Program-made: the position numbers and the translations under genes
Notes under the pieces: generated by a model
Database searches by the model: none
What the model was told of the DNA's origin: nothing
What the model saw: the letters and a program-made list of their open reading frames with translations, nothing else
Part shown: positions 9,401 to 15,517 of the stretch, piece by piece
Layout: each line of letters begins with the position of its first letter
How positions within the stretch are numbered: position 1 is the stretch's first letter
From: Ginkgo biloba
Taxonomy: Eukaryota > Plantae > Ginkgophyta
Length of the DNA stretch: 15,517 bases
Reading direction: 5' to 3'
Assembly (NCBI GenBank): GCA_024626585.2
Contig: JANKJI020000002.1
Span: forward strand, 168,520,185-168,535,701

Positions 9401-12278
9401 ACCCAAATGACTTACAAGTCATGGATTCGATCTTCTCCATTCAATCTATTCGGCAACGCAATGAAATGGGCTATAAAATTAAGATCTTGACTGTCTGGCA
9501 AGTTCAGGAAGCCTATTACTAGGCAGTCTGCTTCTGGAATTTAATACACAAGAAACAAATGATTGTTTTCTGCTTGACATTCTATGTTTCTGGTTGAAAA
9601 AATTCTAGTTCAAAATAAAATTGCAATTCCAATTGTTAAGTATATATAGAATTTATGTTACACTTATTTCTATTTTAAATAATATTTCAGGTTGAGAATT
9701 ATCCAGTTTATGGCATGGGCACACAAACGGTTTATGGAACTAAATCAGTGCTAGCTCATTTGCATGCTCAAACAACATCCTTAAAAAATCTGGCACGTAG
9801 AGCAATTGTGACAGACTTGCGAGAGGAAGCAGTGGTTTATATTTGTGGCAAACCTTTTGTGCTTGGGGAGCTTGATCAGCCAGTGGACACACTGAAATAT
9901 GTTGGAATTGAAGGCCCTGTGGTGGGTAATAATGCAATGGATGGATGGCTTGTCGACTGGAAAGAGGAACTTCTTTTCGTCTTCCATTGCAAAGCTCCTA
10001 TTTTTAGCCGAATCGATCCAATCCCTCTCTCGCCATTCTTCTCGCCTACAGAGTGCCTAGAGGGAGGGAATAGCTTGACCTACTCACAAGAAGGAGAATG
10101 AAGATTCTTACATTCTCCACAANNNNNNNNNNNNNNNNNNNNNNNNNNNNNNNNNNNNNNNNNNNNNNNNNNNNNNNTTTCTTCCATGTGAGCAGGTCTT
10201 TAAGTGAGGAATGTGCGGAGTATAGAACCAGTATTGCTCACCACCTAACCTCATCCTCTTCCACTTAATCTCAACTCTCGCCATCTTGGTTGCTCCTCCA
10301 TCCAGCAAAGTGGTTCATTTATAGAAAGTTTACCAATGTCTCAAGACCTTCTAGCAGCTTCCCGAATGACCTTTGGCCCGTTCTTTGAAGGCTAGATTGT
10401 CATAGCGTGGCTCACTAGTACTTGGTGGCAGGGAAGATCCGGATATTTCCTAAGAAGATATAGTGATTAGTGTTCTACTAGGGGGTGTCCTTGAAAGAAT
10501 TGCATTATGTATTCTTGGGTCTTATAGCACATCTTGACTTGCCCAAGAGATGGAAGAGGATCAGGATCGACTTGGCTCCCATCTTGTCTTGAGAATCACT
10601 TTCTCTTAGTGTCTGCCAATACTTTAACTAATCTTCCCTGGAGGCCTTTCGTGGTCCTAGTAAGACCAAGAGATTTCTAAGTAATCCAGGGAAGTGTGCG
10701 AGTTTGGTGGGGTCCGCAGCGTCATTAANNNNNNNNNNNNNNNNNNNNNNNNNNNNNNNNNNNNNNNNNNNNNNNNNNNNNNNNNNNNNNNNNNNNNNNN
10801 NNNNNNNNNNNNNNNNNNNNNNNNNNNNCCTATGTTCAAAAATAGAAAACTAAAGCATAAAATGTGATAAATTGTATGTGTTATATATTATTATAGAGCA
10901 TATATAAACACGTCTCCTACTCTCTCTTGGTTACAAGCCTTAGTAAATTCACTCATTAAGAAAAATCAATTTAACAAAAACATTACAATTTTTTTTTACT
11001 TTTACACTTTTTTAAAAAGTTATATGCTCTTTCAAATTGTTCCCTTATTCTCTTAGTATATTAGATTAATAACATCCAAACATGCCACAATTTTTCTCTG
11101 CATATTGTTTTTTTATTAAGGAATTTTCTAAGGATTTGTAAGCTTACATTGTATGCAAAAGGTATAAAAAAGATACAATAGAAAAACAACTACTATTGTT
11201 TATACTATTCTCTTTTTGAGAAATTTCCAATTAATTAAAGTATTGAGTGATCTTTCTCTTTCTATTTTAAATACATAAATGATTGTAATATATGCCACAC
11301 CAATAATATTTACTAGTATACCATTTTTTATGGTAATTAAGTTAAAGTTTAATGATATGACTAGTTTGATTTTTTTTAAACATAAAAAAGCTATATACTA
11401 GTCTTTACCTATGGCAAATAATTGCCACTTGTCAAGTCTTGAATGCATTTAATATTAATATACACGTACAATTTAATATGATTAAATATCTAAAAGTGAT
11501 TAAGCTTGAACTGTACCAATCTGGTATCTATTTGACTGATTCTTATCAAATAATCATATTAGGTCGAGCATATGGAGGCTAGATTGAAAGATGACATACT
11601 CACAGAAGCCGTGCGATATGGGGGACGAGTTCTTTTGCATCGTGAGGAACACAACCCTGTCACAAAACAGTCAAACATCATAGGGTTTTGGGAGAGTATC
11701 TCACCAGCTGATGTAAAGACTCCAGCAGAAGTATATGATGCTCTGAGAGATGCGGGATACAATATCGATTACAAGAGGATACCTTTGACAAGAGAGAGAG
11801 TAGCTTCAACTGCAGATGTTGATGCTATCCAATCCCAGCTAGTTGAGTACGTAAATTTCATGTTTATGCTCTCTTTTATAGTGCTTTTCCCATTTTTTTG
11901 TTGGATATATCTTTACGTTGTACCCTTTGTTTCTGAGAGTTCCAGAATGCAGCTGATTCTATATATGATTTATTGTAATAGTGATGAAGGGGCACAGTAT
12001 CTGTTCATCTCACACACAGGATTTGGAGGAATCGCATATGCAATGGCTATCACTTGTCTCAGACTTAAGGCCCAAGTATGGCTGGAAAGTGAGGGATCAT
12101 CATCCTTGGGAACAATTAAATCTACAAGCTCTAGATCTCCTGGACATGTTCTAATGACAGGACCCATGGATGATGAAAATGCCTTCAAACAAGGAGACTA
12201 CAGGGATATCTTGAGTCTTACGAGAGTCCTCGCATATGGCCCCACAAGCAAGGCTGAGGTTGATATGATTATTGACAA
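405..12278 (+). CDS. PALD1: Paladin-like phosphatase gene (plant three-module PTP-like/inositol-phosphate phosphatase), partial and multi-exon. 5' and 3' exons lie outside the window or in gaps; module 2 is not intact; functional status uncertain
   Basis: Spliced translation gives GINRVRLEQMEARLKEDIL...ILVTDELPDGQMVD...YERVPITDEKSP...FNCQMGRGRTTTGMVIATL...GGVEGKRQVD..IDKCSAMQNLRE...YLERYYFLICFAVY...RPELYSILRR, then VTDLREEAVVYICGKPFVL...MEARLKEDIL-like MEARLKDDIL...YKRIPLTRE...YLFISHTGFGG...GDYRDILSLTRVL. These match hallmark plant paladin motifs as recalled. All junctions are GT-AG with compatible phases within each exon cluster. Confidence 0.92.
623..722 (+). CDS. PALD1: Paladin-like exon: YANKILVTDELPDGQMVDEWEEISQHSVKTPLE
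   Basis: Acceptor gacag at 622; donor gtacat at 723; 71+100 nt restores phase 0. Confidence 0.92.
828..926 (+). CDS. PALD1: Paladin-like exon: VYEELQAEGYLVDYERVPITDEKSPEEQDFDLL
   Basis: Acceptor ttctgcag at 827; donor gtattc at 927; 99 nt, phase 0-0. Confidence 0.93.
1345..1605 (+). CDS. PALD1: Paladin-like catalytic exon (FNCQMGRGRTT, CX5R) with an in-frame TGA at 1477-1479
   Basis: Acceptor cttccag at 1344; donor gtatgt at 1606; 261 nt. Translates VQRISRAPVKTETIFNCQMGRGRTTTGMVIATLVYLNRIGKLGI*RINSTGRVLDFGVDVIDDIPDSEETMRRGEYTVIRSLIRVLE. Confidence 0.9.
1696..1755 (+). CDS. PALD1: Paladin-like exon: GGVEGKRQVDEVIDKCSAMQ
   Basis: Acceptor ttttatag at 1695; donor gtatgt at 1756; 60 nt. Confidence 0.92.
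1978..2213 (+). CDS. PALD1: Paladin-like exon, end of module 1: NLREAIVVYR...YLERYYFLICFAVY...WMRSRPELYSILR(R)
   Basis: Acceptor cacag at 1977; donor gtatat at 2214; ends in phase 2; overlaps ORF 1969..2223. Confidence 0.93.
3248..3417. repeat. Diverged tandem duplication, 2 x ~85 bp
   Basis: gattccatgatat...caaataccatga...tatagaatacacataagataatcc...aaacacc.tgca starts at 3248 and again at 3333. Confidence 0.85.
4251..5460 (-). mobile_element. Decayed Ty3/gypsy LTR retrotransposon fragment: gag plus aspartic protease
   Basis: Minus strand gag-like QEYNN*LDALF and VYHFIRGLKHHVHQSLIATRPQNMEEAVNGALQVEAA (FIRGLK at 5184-5201). Protease-like IVLVANGYIHSFV..YAKKVNL...VELADG (ORF 4513..4728; the D-S-G position reads ANG), then YDAILG-(frameshift)-KWL near 4447-4475. 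Confidence 0.8.
5570..5830. other. GC-rich, C-skewed low-complexity island, probably TE-derived
   Basis: Abruptly GC-rich with retained CpGs, C-runs on +, and short internal repeats (ccctcctctccc twice; acccgcgggc / accccgcgcgggc). It follows a gap. Confidence 0.5.
5960..6440 (-). mobile_element. Decayed Ty3/gypsy gag (retrotransposon gag domain), second copy
   Basis: Minus strand LKGPSHEWWNGMLIEVEDGKRKSINTWGEMKEAMFKKYAP...GTIQEFSNKLDALFSR...YGLKPHIQ, matching the L.G.A..WW...TW.EMK gag signature, with stops. Confidence 0.8.
6452..6549. repeat. Palindromic minisatellite, ~2.6 x 37-38 bp
   Basis: Unit tatacatttcctgatactagtaaatgtatactactag starts at 6452, 6490 and 6527. It contains a perfect 12-bp inverted repeat aaatgtatacta-c-tagtatacattt (6511-6535). 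Confidence 0.9.
7267..8184 (-). mobile_element. L1-type LINE fragment: ORF1 (DUF4283-like region plus CCHC knuckle) and start of ORF2 (APE endonuclease)
   Basis: ORF1 reads WRVDFNPE...PLWLEFP, frameshifts near 8040 to GKVLIPD...VRYLNLPNACFACQAQDHLISDC (CX2CX4HX4C at 7870-7911), then a long low-complexity tail to TGA 7378-7380. ORF2 from ATG 7381 reads MKLSLLSWNVRGMTIPSRK*VVRSVLQRVRPDVVFLQE, with the WNVRG and LQE endonuclease motifs. Confidence 0.9.
8540..9125 (-). mobile_element. Probable decayed LINE ORF2 fragments (endonuclease C-terminal part and downstream linker)
   Basis: HSRIDYVFCN resembles the SRID endonuclease motif (~9085-9117). Across a gap follows a helical linker-like stretch (KLEQVIENLMKVEEVLKAEQ) with stops. 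Confidence 0.5.
9215..9490 (+). pseudogene. Pseudo-exon: eroded relic of the paladin module-2 C-terminal coding sequence
   Basis: Colinear motif remnants with frameshifts: NGV-C....DTII (from 9218), VLE-YRK (from 9282), EFLK..YFR (from 9347), MTYKSW (from 9407), AMKWAIKLR (from 9458). The recalled paladin consensus is NGVECREALDAII...VLEYRK...EYLERYFR...MTFKSW...AMKWSIRLR. Confidence 0.65.
9691..9921 (+). CDS. PALD1: Paladin-like exon, module 3: VENYPVYGMGTQTV...VTDLREEAVVYICGKPFVLGELDQPVDTLKYVGIEGPV
   Basis: Acceptor tatttcag at 9690; donor gtgggt at 9922; 231 nt, phase 0-0; joins to VEHMEARLK. Confidence 0.9.
9930..10728 (-). mobile_element. Probable retroelement debris in the intron
   Basis: Higher-GC, coding-like fragments between gaps. 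Minus strand NDAADPTKLAHFPGLL is gag-like and LDGGAT is protease-like. Weak motifs only. Confidence 0.3.
11563..11846 (+). CDS. PALD1: Paladin-like exon: VEHMEARLKDDILTEAVRYGGRVLLHREE...YKRIPLTRERVASTADVDAIQSQLV(D)
   Basis: Acceptor tattag at 11562; donor gtacgt at 11847; ends in phase 2. Confidence 0.92.
11982..12278 (+). CDS. PALD1: Paladin-like exon: DEGAQYLFISHTGFGGIAYAMAITCL...GDYRDILSLTRVLAYGPTSKAEVDMIID
   Basis: Acceptor taatag at 11981; donor gtaagc at 12279; phase 2-2. The P-loop position reads SHTGFGG with no Cys, as recalled for plant module 3. Confidence 0.9.
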
Positions 12279-13329
12279 GTAAGCACTCTTTAGTTATGCA
12301 AATGTTTTGAACTATTTTTTAACAGAGACACTGAAGGATTATTCTATGTTCACCTGAGTGTCAGCTTGTGTTATGATTCTCCTACTAAAAAGTTGTTCTG
12401 TTGTAAGTGCTAGGGTCTCTATAAATAGTTAGAACCATAGGAAATAAAGGCGCTGAAGCCTAGAATATAACCATAGTATAGCATTCTTTCTTCAATTTGA
12501 ACTTGTGAACCATGAATAGATCGAACATATAAACTGTCAGAACATAAAGAACAAAGGTCCTAGAATNNNNNNNNNNNNNNNNNNNNNNNNNNNNNNNNNN
12601 NNNNNNNNNNNNNNNNNNNNNNNNNNNNNNNNNNNNNNNNNNTCAAGTATTGACAGGTTACTAGTGGGTTAAAGGTCCCGCCAGAATCTAAAATAATACC
12701 ACATGCATCCAAATATTCTAAGGAGCCTAAAGGGAATTCCAAGGTTATTACCCTTCTCGACATAGTTCTTATAAAATTTGAGGAAGTGTTGGTTACTACC
12801 CAAGCTTAGGCTCGTAAAGAGGAAGCCCATGCCTCTAACCGTCCTCCACCTATGACTTCACGTGAGGGACTTTCTCCCACTTTGGAGCCTTCTNNNNNNN
12901 NNNNNNNNNNNNNNNNTATTCATGTTGACTTTATAATACCTCTTCCTTAACTAACCAGAGTGAATTCATATTATATTATTGATGAATTATATTTGATTTC
13001 CTTTAGTATGTCTCTTATGGATGTTTTAAAATGATATCTAGAGCAAAGAGAGGCCTTCTATACTGCATTCTCTATCTCATGATTTGCAAATTAAAGATGA
13101 AAGAACAGAAGAACAACCTTGGAGCCAAGCACACTCTTCCTATTCACTCTATGTAATTTACAGCATAAGTTACTTACATACACTCAGCCCTCACTTGCCT
13201 AAGTAGGCGAGTTACATAGATTTAAATAGCAATTTTCTGCTCACTTTCCATCCATTGAATTTTCAAAGTGACCAAGTATGTGATTACACCTTAATCAAGG
13301 GATACACCCGATTAAGTAGATTCTAGAAT

Positions 13330-14790
13330 TATTGCACGTAAGCAATGACTTTCATACATTTGGATCATAGGACTTTAGACATCCAACTAATAAAAATACA
13401 CCTAACATCTTCTGCCCCTATACTTTTTAAGATTGACCAGAAGTCACATCTGTAACAAACTGAATCTATACCCTGTAAACAATCACAGCTCAGCAAGACA
13501 ATGTTAAAGATTAGTACCATATAACTATTTCTTTTTTAGACTGAGGTTCAAGTCTTAGGTTTTGTAGGGTCTTAGGTGTAGTTTGTTGAAATAATGTTGT
13601 TTGAGCACCCACTGTCAATTGAAATGATAACATCCCCTCCTTGTATCTTACCACAAATGAGAAACAAATCTGTACAGCAACTTTTGGTCACCTTGTTTTA
13701 GTATACTACTGAAACCACCCCATTTTCTTTTACTTCTAAGTCACAGTGTTGATTTTTTCCCGAGCTTTAGGAAATCTCCTAGCAAAGTGACCTTGTCTTC
13801 CACATTTAAAACATGCCTTATCTATGATTTTCCCTTTATGATGTTGTTCACTCAAAGTGCTGTTCCTAGAAAATGGTTTCTTCTCAAGCTTGGACTCGTT
13901 TTTTAAATTAGGTCCACATTTTACTTGCGTGCTCTCTTCTTTATTGAATTTTGATTTTCTTACACGCCTTCAACTGTCAAGGCCCTATTTGTTGTCTGTC
14001 CCATAGAAGTAGGCTCTGCCAAAGCAAATTGTTGATGTTATACTACATTTTATTCCTTGAAGAAAGTAATGCATTCTATGGTTCTTAGGCAAGTCAAGCA
14101 ATCTAGTGAAAAGATCTGCAATTTTCTGACTGTAATCCAAAAAAGACATTTTTCTTTATTTGGGATAGTTGGGCAAGAGCTTCACCTTCTTTAGTCAGCA
14201 ATTGGTCCATGTATTTCCAGGAAACAATGGGTGCCCACTTTTTCACTCTACTTTCATCAGAAAGACATCNNNNNNNNNNNNNNNNNNNNNNNNNNNNNNN
14301 NNNNNNNNNNNNNNNNNNNNNNNNNNNNNNNNNNNNNNNNNNNNNNNNNNNNNNNNNNNNNNNNNNNNNNNNNNNNNNNNNNNNNNNNNNNNNNNNNNNN
14401 NNNNNNNNNNNNNNNNNNNNNNNNNNNNNNNNNNNNNNNNNNNNNNNNNNNNNNNNNNNNNNNNNNNNNNNNNNNNNNNNNNNNNNATTCAAGGCTTCAT
14501 TAGCACCAAAATATTCAATAGAATCATTCTTACCAGGTCAAGGAAGGGTAACTTGCTCTAGTTCCAACTCTAGTTATGGTTCTTCTCATTGTGTAGCTTT
14601 GGCTTTAGTTCTTCTAGAATAGATGAAACATAACTCCTCCCTTTGAAGGCACTTTCCCACTTCCACTTTTTTATCTCCATCTTCTAAGTCTCCAATTCTT
14701 CCTTATATGCTGCTAATTTTTCTTTGAGCTCTTGTACTGTTTGAGCCACAAATTTTTCCATAATTTAGCATGAGAAAATCTTCTCGTTTT
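13330..14790 (-). mobile_element. Decayed Ty3/gypsy retrotransposon: gag, zinc knuckle and aspartic protease
   Basis: Minus strand order: MEKFVAQTVQELKEKLAAYKEELE (~14700-14760), MHYFLQGIK (~14050-14075), CFKCGRQGHFARRF (CCHC with last C>F, 13772-13813), LFLICGKIQGGDVIISIDSGCSNNIIS (DSG at 13608-13616). Confidence 0.85.
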
Positions 14791-14943
14791 GTGACAACAT
14801 TATTACTATTACAACCCTGGAGTTTAATCTGTGCTTAGAACACTTAATCACTAGATTATGAAGCATATGAGTTGAGCATGATAACTTAATGTAAAGAAGA
14901 CACAACAAAATATGATCAACACACTATGAAAGAATTTGCAATG

Positions 14944-14960
14944 AATAATAATAATAATAA
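14944..14960. repeat. (AAT)5 microsatellite
   Basis: aataataataataataa. Confidence 0.8.
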
Positions 14961-15517
14961 GCAATCAATTACAAGAATCAAAGATGAATAAAACATATAA
15001 CAATGAACTACAAGAGCTTGAAGGCATATCCAGAAGGGAGTTCAAAAGTCCAAAACCAAAGATGATTAAAATTGAAGATATTGATTGGTATTTGTATCTA
15101 TAGACAATCTAGAAGACAATACACTACATCACAATATCATTGGACCTATCCTTGGTTCAATCATACCNNNNNNNNNNNNNNNNNNNNNNNNNNNNNNNNN
15201 NNNNNNNNNNNNNNNNNNNNNNNNNNNNNNNNNNNNNNNNNNNNNNNNNNNNNNNNNNNNNNNNNNNNNNNNNNNNNNNTTCCATACTTATGTTACAGGC
15301 CAATCAAATCAAGCAAACTTAAAGAAGGGTTAAATCCAAAGAAATTGGTAAAAGCCTATAGTGTAGACCCTCCGGCTATGTGTGTCACTGCTAGGGATCA
15401 CTTTGACTAGTCAAAGGATAAAAATCATAAGCAATAGCTCAAAACCCCAGTGTTGAGTGCCTCTAATGAGAATATGATTGATACAACTCAGACTTCTATG
15501 AATTTGGTCTCGAAAAG

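Noticed and set aside
476-11981. Five of six gap-free introns have 3n lengths (147, 105, 90, 222, 135; 418 is not)
   Set aside because: Small post-hoc sample; those checked other than the 135-nt intron contain in-frame stops.
12643-12893. Possible + strand gypsy linker (VLVTTQA*ARK)
   Set aside because: Single weak motif on a short contig between gaps.

Overview
Eukaryotic, land-plant nuclear DNA from a gappy assembly (12 N-runs, several exactly 100 N). The window holds the internal part of a + strand, intron-containing paladin-like gene (PALD1 family, PTP-like/inositol-phosphate phosphatase; plant members have three tandem PTP-like modules). Six GT-AG exons of module 1 (405-2213) include the CX5R motif FNCQMGRGRTT. 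Three exons of module 3 lie at 9691-12278. No intact exon of module 2 is visible, but an indel-riddled colinear relic of its C-terminal part appears at about 9215-9490, just upstream of the module-3 exons. Exon 1345-1605 carries an in-frame TGA (1477-1479) inside a 69-nt in-frame GT...AG segment, a possible exitron that would remove the stop. The large intervening regions are filled with decayed Ty3/gypsy gag-protease fragments and L1-type LINE ORF1/ORF2 fragments, all on the - strand. Homology calls come from recalled family motifs, not from database searches.
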